IMG/VR virus record: IMGVR_UViG_3300017784_002570
Span: 1 to 26,967 of that record
Strand: one strand, 5' to 3'
Length of the DNA: 26,967 nt
Origin: a virus
Taxonomy: Duplodnaviria > Caudoviricetes
Position numbers and translations under genes: made by a program. How positions within the stretch are numbered: position 1 is the stretch's first letter; the number at the start of each line of letters is the position of its first letter. Shown in pieces: positions 1 to 7,726 of this stretch. The notes beneath the pieces were generated by a model. It searched no databases, was not told the DNA's origin, and saw only the letters and a list, made by a program, of their open reading frames with translations.

Positions 1-684
1 AAACTGTTTAGTAGGAGTGCCGAGCCCTGCAAGCACAGGTGTAGCAAGAGTAAACAAACCATCACTGGCGGCTTGATAATATTCTTTGATATAACGCATT
101 CTAGCCGTGTTAGGCTCTTCTTTGTGAAACACTGTAGCCGCGGCCACCATGTATCTGACTTGGGGAGTTTCATATGTTTTTCCTGTTGAACGATTTTTTA
201 CAAGATACTTTTCAATCAACTGCTCAATAGCAGCATAAGAATACTGTTCATCCTTGGCATGATCAATCATGCCCTGCATGCGATTCCAGTCTTCTTCACT
301 ATACCATTCCAACAGTTCAGGAGTGTACAGACCTATTGCCACATTTGTTTTCACAATGTCATACAAGTGGGGAGGATCGTATGAACCGTATACGTCTTTG
401 CGTAGCATTGATAGTCGCTGTTTACCTGCTACATGCTGATAATTGGTGTGCCCAACATCGGGATTTTGCTCTATATCAATGAGATCCACAATGGCTCGTA
501 AGGTGATGCCATCAATTTCTTTGGTGGTAATTCCATCGTAAAAATGTAGCTGTGTGCGTATCTCTATCATGCTCTGACTTACATCTGCTATGCCTGCACA
601 CACTTTAGCAATTTGGGTTTGCCACTTTTCCAATGCTAATGGCTCGCGCTGTCCGCTGCGCTTGACAACTATTATATTTTTCAT
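1..684 (-). CDS. nrdA: Ribonucleotide reductase class Ia alpha subunit, 5' part (runs off the window)
   Basis: Not in the ORF track; translated by hand from the ATG at 684: MKNIIVVKRSGQREPL (ATP-cone start) ... KYLVKNRSTGKTYETPQ ... FTLATPVLAGLGTPTKQF, all NrdA motifs. Open to position 1. Confidence 0.95.
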   Translation of the reverse strand, partial: MKNIIVVKRSGQREPLALEKWQTQIAKVCAGIADVSQSMIEIRTQLHFYDGITTKEIDGITLRAIVDLIDIEQNPDVGHTNYQHVAGKQRLSMLRKDVYGSYDPPHLYDIVKTNVAIGLYTPELLEWYSEEDWNRMQGMIDHAKDEQYSYAAIEQLIEKYLVKNRSTGKTYETPQVRYMVAAATVFHKEEPNTARMRYIKEYYQAASDGLFTLATPVLAGLGTPTKQF

Positions 685-689
685 TTTCG

Positions 690-1115
690 CTACTTTATTT
701 GTGTTTTTATTTGTTCTTGACCGACACTGTGCAGGACATCAAACGGTGCTAGATTGATATTTAACACATGTTGTCTGTCCCAATTCAGTATATATTTCTT
801 TTGACCAACTAGGACTAAATTGTCGCTGCCAGTGTCTACTAATTCAGCATCCTGTATGAGAGGATGGTCTATCATTGCTATAGTATACAGTATTCCTAGC
901 CCGCGAGCAAGAGAGCAGAACAAATTGTCGTCTAATAATTCCCAAGGACTGGGCCAGGTTGCTCGATCATCCCAGTGCAAATGATATGCACGCCAAGGTG
1001 TATCAAACCACCAATCATTAACGTCAATTAATATTTTGTCAACAGAAGCGTTGGCACATTGGGTACGCAGTTGGTTCCAGGCAGCCAACCGTTGATCAAA
1101 GGTTGAGTGCCACAT
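690..1115 (-). CDS. Hypothetical phage protein (141 aa), possibly a degenerate transglutaminase-like fold
   Basis: ORF coupled to the upstream gene by TAATG. WPSPWELL...FC pattern resembles transglutaminase-like Cys proteinases. Confidence 0.7.
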   Translation of the reverse strand: MWHSTFDQRLAAWNQLRTQCANASVDKILIDVNDWWFDTPWRAYHLHWDDRATWPSPWELLDDNLFCSLARGLGILYTIAMIDHPLIQDAELVDTGSDNLVLVGQKKYILNWDRQHVLNINLAPFDVLHSVGQEQIKTQIK

Positions 1116-2704
1116 TAGGCCAATTTTGTAGTAGAATAAGTTAAGGTAGCGTCTGAGCCAGTGTTAGTTGTGGTGTACCGAATTGATACAGAACTTCCTG
1201 TTTCAGTAGCAGTAAATGCCACACCAGTGGCAGAATTTTGTAATCCACTGTCACTGTAATTTAAATTAACACCGGTGCCGTCAGTGCTGGCCACCACAGT
1301 AACTTTTCCAGTTCGAGTTGTAGTACCACGCACTACAGTATAATCAAAGTCAAACGCACGGATTAGTGTTGAATTAATTGTAAAAATTACAGTTGGTGAC
1401 GATGTGTTATTGACCAATGTGGATCTTAACCCACTGAATCTCACATAGTTGCCTAGCGCCAATTGATAACCATTTTCTGTGGTAATACAAATGGTATTGT
1501 TAGTGTCAATTCTTGGCACAGCACTTGAGTCACCACGTTCGAACATGTCTCCCACACTTACGTTGTTGTTGGCATCAAATGTAATTACTGGTGTGACCGG
1601 AGATCCAACTCCGTTAAAATGATTGCCAACATCATAATAAATGTTGTACCCAGACATGTTCAAGCTGGTGCCTGCAGACACTTTGAATCCTTCTGCATAG
1701 ATATTGTCAAAACTGTTGCCCACCACACGGAATCCAGTTGGACCGCCGTCAACAGGAGCAGGATCTCCCAACAACACTCCTTGGTACAAGGTGTCAAATG
1801 CACTTTCAGTTACCAAGCATCCACGAACATTGTATTCGGTGTTAATGCCATAAGTTAGTCCTCTGAATTCACATCTTCTAAAAGTAATATTATTAGTTGC
1901 AATGCTGTCAGAATTAAATCTTACGCCTGCAATATTATCTGTGTCACTTATCAAATCTCCAGTGGTCAATGCACCACTAAAACTAACGTCAGTAAATGTA
2001 CAAAAACTGGCATCCTCCACTAGGAACACGTCTGTGATTTCCACTGTGCGAAATCCCATTGAAGAAATTTCAATGTTAGTTGGCAGTGTTGCACCGCCAT
2101 CACCCATGGCTGCACCTGTTTGTTGAAGGCTATCACCATACCTAGCACAGTATGCACTCAACGAACTAATGTCACTGGACACATCCAGTTGAATCACACT
2201 AGAGTTTGCACCTTCGCCGTAGAGCTTGGCATATGGTGGAATAATAATATATTCAGTTGTGCGATAAACACCAGCTGGAAAAAACAAACTTCTACGAATT
2301 TGTGGGTTGGTCTGTACACAATACAATTGATACAATGCACGATTGATTGCTACTGTGTCGTCAGTTACTCCATCACCGACAGCACCAAAATCAGTCACGC
2401 TGGCCCATTGATCCATCCACGATTGTAAATTTTGATTGATATCAGACCCTGCTGTTGGGCCAGTCTGTACTATGTAACCGGCTGCAGCGCCTTGATACAC
2501 ATATTGGGCTGTGAGCAAAATATCAGAAAATTCAGTAAGGATTTCTGTATTCCCAATTACCGGTGCGCCTTCTTGCAATGTGCCATTGCCAATGAATAAC
2601 TGGCGTGTGTCAACTGCCCACCCGAATTCAGCGCCAACCAATTGAGGAAGACTGCTAAATGCACCTTTACGATTTGTAATTTGACTAATTTGTACTATTG
2701 CCAT
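1115..2704 (-). CDS. Tail spike/fibre-like virion protein with pectate-lyase-type beta-helix
   Basis: N-terminal LPQLVGAEFGWAVDTRQLFIGNG fibre-type head; SVTDFGAVGDGVTDDTVAINRAL and LFFPAGVY (Pectate_lyase_3-type start); preceded by a perfect TATAAATA late promoter. Confidence 0.8.
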   Translation of the reverse strand: MAIVQISQITNRKGAFSSLPQLVGAEFGWAVDTRQLFIGNGTLQEGAPVIGNTEILTEFSDILLTAQYVYQGAAAGYIVQTGPTAGSDINQNLQSWMDQWASVTDFGAVGDGVTDDTVAINRALYQLYCVQTNPQIRRSLFFPAGVYRTTEYIIIPPYAKLYGEGANSSVIQLDVSSDISSLSAYCARYGDSLQQTGAAMGDGGATLPTNIEISSMGFRTVEITDVFLVEDASFCTFTDVSFSGALTTGDLISDTDNIAGVRFNSDSIATNNITFRRCEFRGLTYGINTEYNVRGCLVTESAFDTLYQGVLLGDPAPVDGGPTGFRVVGNSFDNIYAEGFKVSAGTSLNMSGYNIYYDVGNHFNGVGSPVTPVITFDANNNVSVGDMFERGDSSAVPRIDTNNTICITTENGYQLALGNYVRFSGLRSTLVNNTSSPTVIFTINSTLIRAFDFDYTVVRGTTTRTGKVTVVASTDGTGVNLNYSDSGLQNSATGVAFTATETGSSVSIRYTTTNTGSDATLTYSTTKLA

Positions 2705-2725
2705 ATGGGTCTCGATTTCTTGCTG

Positions 2726-2733
2726 TATTTATA
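2726..2733 (-). promoter_or_regulatory. T4-type late promoter TATAAATA
   Basis: Exact TATAAATA on the minus strand, 21 nt before the ATG at 2704. Confidence 0.75.
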
Positions 2734-2738
2734 GCAAA

Positions 2739-3461
2739 TCAATCAAGCGCATGAGTCACATAATACTGTTCGACCTTTTTCCACCAGATACTACGGTACT
2801 TTTCAAACTCCCCGCCTTCCAGTACAAATTCCTGGTATTTAGGCTGGCCTACGATGTTGTGTTGCTCATCTAGATCAGGCTTAACACACATCAAAATTAC
2901 ACCTTTTTTAATTTGTGTACCATGCAGTTCATTGTGGGCTTCTGCGTATGCACACAGTTGGACAAAGTAATCGTAAATCCATTCTCGTTTTTTAGGCTTG
3001 TTGGTTTGCTTGTAATCCAGTATGCTTTCTTCATTTAAATGAATGCCGGCGCCGTCTGTGGTACCTGCATACACACCGGGAAAATACAAGGGTACTTCAA
3101 TGCCCCAAAATTCACTTACATTTTTTAGTCCCTTATTGACCACTTCTTCTGCCATGATATGACTGGGCCATGAGAATGGGTTTGACCCACGAGCGGGTAT
3201 GGCACCTTCTCTGATGTACTTTTCAAGATAGGTATGCATTCTAGTGCCACGATTGGCTGCTTCTGTAGTAATGGCTTGCGCTCGTTCTGCACCTACTGCT
3301 CGCCGCCAATTGTGCAAGGCAGCTTTACTCTCTTCACTTTTGGTTCGGTCTAATATTGTAGTCACTGACGGCAACTTGTTGCCATCCGGAGTGGCGTAGA
3401 ATCTTTTACCGTCTATTGTGACCCTGGGTATGGGTTGATAATCAAATTTTGGGTTGTACAA
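2739..3461 (-). CDS. PD-(D/E)XK exonuclease (MGME1/Cas4-like phage nuclease)
   Basis: LPSVTTIL, RGTRMH, E..L...YAGTTD, ILDYKQ and QLCAYA motifs; TTG start after AAAGAGAA. Confidence 0.85.
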   Translation of the reverse strand: MYNPKFDYQPIPRVTIDGKRFYATPDGNKLPSVTTILDRTKSEESKAALHNWRRAVGAERAQAITTEAANRGTRMHTYLEKYIREGAIPARGSNPFSWPSHIMAEEVVNKGLKNVSEFWGIEVPLYFPGVYAGTTDGAGIHLNEESILDYKQTNKPKKREWIYDYFVQLCAYAEAHNELHGTQIKKGVILMCVKPDLDEQHNIVGQPKYQEFVLEGGEFEKYRSIWWKKVEQYYVTHALD

Positions 3462-3514
3462 TGTTCTCTTTCAGTAGTTCGTAACGGCCTTAATAAAATA
3501 GTTCCGCTTGGTTT

Positions 3515-3838
3515 TTAAATACGAAAACTGCTACCACACCCACAACGATCACGTTCATTGGGATTTTGAAATTCAAAGCCTTCGTTAAGACCTTGGCGCA
3601 CATAGTCTACTGTGATACCTTTGAGATATACGTCATTTTTCTTATCAACCAACACCACAAAGTCCGGTTGGGCATAGTTGATGTCAGACTCTAAAGGTTT
3701 GTATTCTTGTACATATTCTAACACGTAAGCCAGGCCAGAGCAACCTGTAGTTTTTACCCCAAGTCGAATACCAGCATAGTCTTTGGCTTGCAAAAGTCGT
3801 TTTACTTTGGTATACGCACGGTCAGTTAGAGAGATCAT
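3515..3838 (-). CDS. iscA: A-type Fe-S carrier IscA
   Basis: GVKTTGCSGLAY and FQNPNERDRCGCGSSF with the three conserved Cys. Confidence 0.95.
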   Translation of the reverse strand: MISLTDRAYTKVKRLLQAKDYAGIRLGVKTTGCSGLAYVLEYVQEYKPLESDINYAQPDFVVLVDKKNDVYLKGITVDYVRQGLNEGFEFQNPNERDRCGCGSSFRI

Positions 3839-4208
3839 GTTTTTTACGATAGTCAGCTACGGCTGCTTTGATGGCGTCTTCAGCAAGAATGCTACAATGG
3901 ATTTTGACAGGTGGCAGCGAGAGTTCTTGAGCAATCTCTGAATTTTTAATAGTTGCCGCTTGGTCAAGCGTCCGGCCTTTAACCCACTCGGTAATGAGAG
4001 AACTGGAGGCAATCGCACTGCCGCATCCGTAGGTTTTGAATTTTGCGTCTGTGATGATGCCATCTTGTACCTTGATTTGAAGTTTCATTACGTCACCGCA
4101 TGCGGGTGCGCCAACCATACCAGTACCAATATCAGTATCACTCTTATCAAAAGAGCCCACATTCCTGGGATTTTCATAGTGTTCAATTACCTTTTCTGAA
4201 TATGCCAT
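3822..4208 (-). CDS. iscU: Fe-S scaffold IscU
   Basis: HYENPRNVG, GAPACGDVMKLQI, FKTYGCGSAIASSS and LPPVKIHC (three Cys, conserved Asp, HscA-recognition LPPVK). Confidence 0.97.
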   Translation of the reverse strand: MAYSEKVIEHYENPRNVGSFDKSDTDIGTGMVGAPACGDVMKLQIKVQDGIITDAKFKTYGCGSAIASSSLITEWVKGRTLDQAATIKNSEIAQELSLPPVKIHCSILAEDAIKAAVADYRKKHDLSN

Positions 4209-4209
4209 A

Positions 4210-4506
4210 TCAATCCTTTAATAATTCTTGTAATTCGCCGTGTTCATACATTTCTGTCATGATGTCTGACCCTCCAATAAATTCTCCTTTAACATACAAT
4301 TGAGGAATTGTAGGCCAATGACTGTATTCTTTTATTTGCTGTCTTATGTTGTTATCTTCTAATACATTTACAGTATGGAGAGATTTTATTCCACACGCTC
4401 TAAGAATCTGTATAGCACGACCAGAAAATCCACACATGGGAAACTGTGCTGTGCCTTTCATAAACAACACAACGTCATGGGTTTTTACCAATTGATCAAT
4501 TTCCAT
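4210..4506 (-). CDS. grxD: Monothiol glutaredoxin (Grx4/GrxD)
   Basis: FMKG...[14 protein letters not shown] and FIGGSDI. Start re-called to the ATG at 4506, 1 nt after the upstream TAA, instead of 4551. Confidence 0.95.
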   Translation of the reverse strand: MEIDQLVKTHDVVLFMKGTAQFPMCGFSGRAIQILRACGIKSLHTVNVLEDNNIRQQIKEYSHWPTIPQLYVKGEFIGGSDIMTEMYEHGELQELLKD

Positions 4507-4507
4507 T

Positions 4508-4789
4508 TTATTGTGAACAAGTTCTAGTTCTAGTAATAGTACCATCTGCATATTGTGTTTCGGTCCAAAGTGTGCAGACAGAACGCAAGGGCGGTTGAAT
4601 AACCACCGGGGGCGGAACGTAGCCGTAATTGTAAACTGGCTCGGAGTGGTTGCGTGTTAACGCATATCCAATTACTCCGCCGACAATTACTGGTGCTATC
4701 CAGTTTCCACCATGTCTATGGTGATGATGGTGTTGTGCTTGAGTCGACACAGCCATGGTTACCAAAACGAGAGCAATGAGTTTTTTCAT
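4508..4789 (-). CDS. Exported/membrane small protein with His tract, glycine zipper and Pro-rich segment
   Basis: Signal peptide [18 protein letters not shown], then [29 protein letters not shown] and a C-terminal Cys pair; AGGAGG RBS. Confidence 0.8.
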   Translation of the reverse strand: MKKLIALVLVTMAVSTQAQHHHHHRHGGNWIAPVIVGGVIGYALTRNHSEPVYNYGYVPPPVVIQPPLRSVCTLWTETQYADGTITRTRTCSQ

Positions 4790-4807
4790 ACGGGCCTCCT
4801 ACAGCTT

Positions 4808-4836
4808 AGTATACTATATTTAACGTTGGAAGTCAA
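4808..4836 (-). promoter_or_regulatory. Sigma70-type promoter of the His-protein/grxD/iscU/iscA operon, with an embedded TAAATA at 4817-4822
   Basis: TTGACT (4836-4831), 17 nt, TATACT (4813-4808), followed by AGGAGG and ATG. Confidence 0.8.
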
Positions 4837-4856
4837 CGGAACGTTGACTGGATTGA

Positions 4857-5195
4857 TCAAACGTCTCGATCTTTTTTGGCTGCTGATTTGGCAGCATTAG
4901 CTACAATGTTTTGAGCCTGGTCCACTGGCATGGCAACATCTGGTTGACCGTTTGAAAAGGTTATAATATCTTCGCCTGGTTGAATGGGTTCTATTACCCC
5001 ATTCAATGGAGGTTGGTTGCTGAGGTCTGCCAATGTTTGCGTACTAATTTCAATGCCCAAACTTTGTGCAATGTTTACAAAAGTGCCAGTATTGATTTGT
5101 TTCTTACCGTTGGTGTTTTCAGCTCGTCCCAGTAAGAATTGAGCCACACCCAGCAACCGTTGTGCTGTTGGGTCTGCCATTTCATTGATACGCAT
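4857..5195 (-). CDS. Hypothetical probable virion protein (112 aa)
   Basis: TAATG-coupled to the upstream gene; N-terminus MRINE. Confidence 0.7.
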   Translation of the reverse strand: MRINEMADPTAQRLLGVAQFLLGRAENTNGKKQINTGTFVNIAQSLGIEISTQTLADLSNQPPLNGVIEPIQPGEDIITFSNGQPDVAMPVDQAQNIVANAAKSAAKKDRDV

Positions 5196-6025
5196 TATCT
5201 ACGCTCGCGACCCAATGATGCCATCGGAGCACCTAGTTTGGGATCCATATCGTCGGCAGCATCAGTGGCCATGGCGTCAAGATCGTCTTCAGCACCCAAT
5301 TCAGCACCAGCGTCGGCACCCAATTCTGCACCTAATTCAGCACCTGGCACTACTGGAGCAGCGGCTTGGCCAGTTACCACACCCAATGCCTGTTCCATTT
5401 GAAGCTTGCTGTTTTGCAAGTTTTGTACCAAGCCAGCCAATGCAGCAGTGGCGTCATTGTTGAACTGTGCAGCTTGCTCAACACCAACTTGATTTTTAAT
5501 TGCATCAACCAAGGCAGGCAATTCTTTGAACTGCAAACTGGTTGTGTCTTCAATCATTTTTTGCATCTTGTCGACCATGTCTTGGGCAGCAAGAACAACT
5601 TGAGCCTGTTGCACTTCGCTTTCTTTGAGGAAGCCACCAGTATTGTTTTCTGAAGTCTGCATGGCCAAGATAGCATTGGCTTTCTTTTGCTCGTCGGGAT
5701 TCAGCACTTGCTTGTTCTTGATCTTGGTTTGAATGGCTTTCATCGCAGGATCATTCACATCAATGGCAACTACTTCTTCTTCAAACAAACGCTGTGACAA
5801 TGCCTGTTCCATCATCATCAATTTGATGTAAGCAGGATTACGTTCGCTTTGATGGAAGTCACGATTGGCACGGTGTTCATTGACCAGTTTGCGAACTCGG
5901 CCAAGCATGGTTCGTGCTTGTGATAAGTTCATTGAGTCAAAAGGTATACGTTGGCCGTAATGGCTTTCGAATACTTTAGCGATTTGTTGTGTCGGGCGTT
6001 TAACCGCCAGTTCTTGCAGTTTCAT
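5195..6025 (-). CDS. Helical probable head/core protein (276 aa)
   Basis: GAGGA RBS and TAAATA upstream; N-terminus MKLQE; coiled-coil-like middle; acidic GAEL-repeat tail. Confidence 0.7.
   Translation of the reverse strand: MKLQELAVKRPTQQIAKVFESHYGQRIPFDSMNLSQARTMLGRVRKLVNEHRANRDFHQSERNPAYIKLMMMEQALSQRLFEEEVVAIDVNDPAMKAIQTKIKNKQVLNPDEQKKANAILAMQTSENNTGGFLKESEVQQAQVVLAAQDMVDKMQKMIEDTTSLQFKELPALVDAIKNQVGVEQAAQFNNDATAALAGLVQNLQNSKLQMEQALGVVTGQAAAPVVPGAELGAELGADAGAELGAEDDLDAMATDAADDMDPKLGAPMASLGRERR
5288..5344 (-). repeat. 12-nt coding tandem repeat (GAEL GAEL GADA GAEL GAE)
   Basis: GGTGCNGAATTR units, read directly. Confidence 0.85.
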
Positions 6026-6467
6026 TATTGAATCCTCGAAGTTGCTGGTATTTAGCCGAATTTATACATTTTGTCAATTCGTTTTCTATATGCCTGCTGT
6101 GCTCATACCTTTGAGCTGCTTTCACGTGGGCTGTTTCCCATAACTGTCCACGACTGGTTTTGGCAATACTACCACGAATTTGTATATCGTTGCGCAGTCT
6201 TACCAATGTAAAATCTAAATTTTGTATTTCTCTAGCTAAATTAAGTTGGTTGTTTCTGTCTGCAATGCACCACGCCAATGCACTTTTAGAACTGCTGAAT
6301 GTGCCAACTGCATGATCACGACGTGTCACTGTATATCCGTGTGAGCTGGATTCAATTACATAAATGCCAAATGCGCGGTATTTTCCACCGTCATCAATGA
6401 TTATTTGATTGAGCAATTGTGGCAGTTCTCGTTGCACTAATTCAGCAAGTTTTTGGCTGGTCTTCAT
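6000..6467 (-). CDS. Hypothetical protein (155 aa)
   Basis: ORF ATGA-coupled to the upstream gene; no motif recognised. Confidence 0.7.
   Translation of the reverse strand: MKTSQKLAELVQRELPQLLNQIIIDDGGKYRAFGIYVIESSSHGYTVTRRDHAVGTFSSSKSALAWCIADRNNQLNLAREIQNLDFTLVRLRNDIQIRGSIAKTSRGQLWETAHVKAAQRYEHSRHIENELTKCINSAKYQQLRGFNNETARTGG
6049..6054 (-). promoter_or_regulatory. Late promoter TAAATA
   Basis: CTAAATA about 24 nt upstream of the ATG at 6025, inside the 3' end of the previous gene. Confidence 0.6.
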
Positions 6468-6724
6468 TTGATCAATACATGTGATATCAACCAGCCCACT
6501 GTGGCCACTAGAAATCCAATGACTCCCACTCCCCAGCCAATCAACCTGTCATTGTTTTTTGCTGACGAAGCTTGTACCATGCCACGCAGTTCGGCAATTA
6601 CAGAAAACAGCGTGTCAATCTTTTCGTCAACTGATTCAATTTTTATTTCCAAAAGTTTATAGCGTTCAGCACAAAGCTCAACGTGTGCTTCTAAACTTTT
6701 TTTCTCTATGTCTGTGGTGTCCAT
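6464..6724 (-). CDS. Small coiled-coil protein with C-terminal transmembrane helix (holin/XhlA-like architecture)
   Basis: Heptad-like N-terminal half, then hydrophobic LIGWGVGVIGFLVATVGWLI; AAAGG RBS; TAAATA at 6743-6748. Confidence 0.65.
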   Translation of the reverse strand: MDTTDIEKKSLEAHVELCAERYKLLEIKIESVDEKIDTLFSVIAELRGMVQASSAKNNDRLIGWGVGVIGFLVATVGWLISHVLIK

Positions 6725-6741
6725 GGTGGCCCTTTAATAAA

Positions 6742-7155
6742 TTATTTATTGTTAATTACGCCAAACTCGATGTTTGCACCATAGTCAATTGTGACAATTT
6801 TGTACTGATCTTTTTGCTTGATAAACATAGGAACACCTTGACAGATAGATTTAAGCAGTCCCAATGGATCATCGTTAACATTAAAAATATCGTCAAATTC
6901 TATGTCAAATTCAAACTGCCACTTTTGATCAACTATAGAGATTGTGGAAATTTCTTGTGGTTGTGTGTACAGTCCAACCAACTGAAATAATGTTTCCCAA
7001 TTTCTCTGTTGGTTTCTTGATCTAGTCCAGTCATCTTCTGTTTCAATCAATTGATCTGCGTGGTCTCGAAAAGGCAATTTACTGGGTTTAAAGTGCCCTG
7101 TAACCCCGGTATTGGTACAATCAAAATCAGTGGTTACGCGAATCCGTGTGGTCAT
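6742..7155 (-). CDS. Hypothetical protein (137 aa)
   Basis: ORF with TAAATA (7160-7165) 4 nt before the ATG. Confidence 0.7.
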   Translation of the reverse strand: MTTRIRVTTDFDCTNTGVTGHFKPSKLPFRDHADQLIETEDDWTRSRNQQRNWETLFQLVGLYTQPQEISTISIVDQKWQFEFDIEFDDIFNVNDDPLGLLKSICQGVPMFIKQKDQYKIVTIDYGANIEFGVINNK

Positions 7156-7173
7156 GGCATATTTACGGCCAAT

Positions 7174-7204
7174 AAAAAACCCTGGATTTTTTATGTCCAG
7201 GGTT
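7174..7204 (-). terminator. Rho-independent terminator
   Basis: AACCCTGGA-loop-TCCAGGGTT followed by a T run on the minus strand, downstream of 7233..7664. Confidence 0.85.
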
Positions 7205-7232
7205 GAAATACAACAATCTAATTATTATTATA

Positions 7233-7664
7233 TTAGAGTGGTGCAAAGTTGGTAGCTGCTGTAGTAAACGCGGCGTTACCGGCAGCAGTGTTCAACTGAA
7301 TGTTTTGTCCACCTGAAGCAACAGTTGCGCTGGTGTTAGCAGTAGTCAACAATGTAGCTGCGGTGTACACGCCAGTTGGATAGATAGCCAAGTTCAAAAT
7401 TGTAGGTGCGGCTGGGCTAACTTGATACATGGCCACTGTGCAAGTTTGTTGAATAGCTGTCAACAAATTGTTGATGTATCCATTAACGTTGCCAGAAGTG
7501 ACCAGTGAAGCGTTAGCAACCACTGAGAAAAAGTCTAGTTTTGGACCTTGAAAGTTAACTGAACCCATTGCTGCAATGTTGGATGTCCCAACAATTTGCG
7601 CATTGGCTGTGTCCATGTTGAATACCGGTTGTACAGTACCATTTGTTTGTGTAAAAACTGCCAT
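7233..7664 (-). CDS. Probable abundant virion structural/decoration protein (143 aa)
   Basis: Ala/Thr/Asn-rich with few charges; own TAAATA (7705-7710), strong AAAGGAG RBS and own terminator. Confidence 0.7.
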   Translation of the reverse strand: MAVFTQTNGTVQPVFNMDTANAQIVGTSNIAAMGSVNFQGPKLDFFSVVANASLVTSGNVNGYINNLLTAIQQTCTVAMYQVSPAAPTILNLAIYPTGVYTAATLLTTANTSATVASGGQNIQLNTAAGNAAFTTAATNFAPL

Positions 7665-7679
7665 TTGAAAATCTCCTTT

Positions 7680-7710
7680 AGTATATGGGCTCTTGCCCTA
7701 CTTTTATTTA
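7680..7710 (-). promoter_or_regulatory. Late promoter TAAATA plus 5' leader hairpin
   Basis: CTAAATA, then AGTA-GGGC-AAGA-GCCC-ATA-TACT immediately before the RBS. Confidence 0.65.
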
Positions 7711-7726
7711 GCCGATTGGCAAAAAA

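Noticed and set aside
1115-2704. Diversity-generating retroelement target, suggested by the Mtd-like fibre N-terminus
   Set aside because: No reverse transcriptase and no template/variable repeat pair seen in the window.
2739-3461. Fe-S-containing Cas4 linked to the isc genes, or a CRISPR system
   Set aside because: Only two Cys and no four-Cys cluster motif; no repeat-spacer array or other cas genes seen.
4507-4551. Longer grxD N-terminus from the ORF track
   Set aside because: It overlaps the upstream gene; the ATG at 4506 gives a typical Grx4 length and tight coupling.
4715-4735. His tract as a cloning-tag artefact
   Set aside because: HHHHHRH lies within a natural signal peptide/glycine-zipper ORF, with no vector-like context.
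6559-6990. 143-aa plus-strand ORF, and the other antisense or alternate-frame ORFs in the track (e.g. 14526..14873, 24002..24358, 25779..26153)
   Set aside because: They shadow well-supported minus-strand genes or regulatory elements, with no recognisable motifs.
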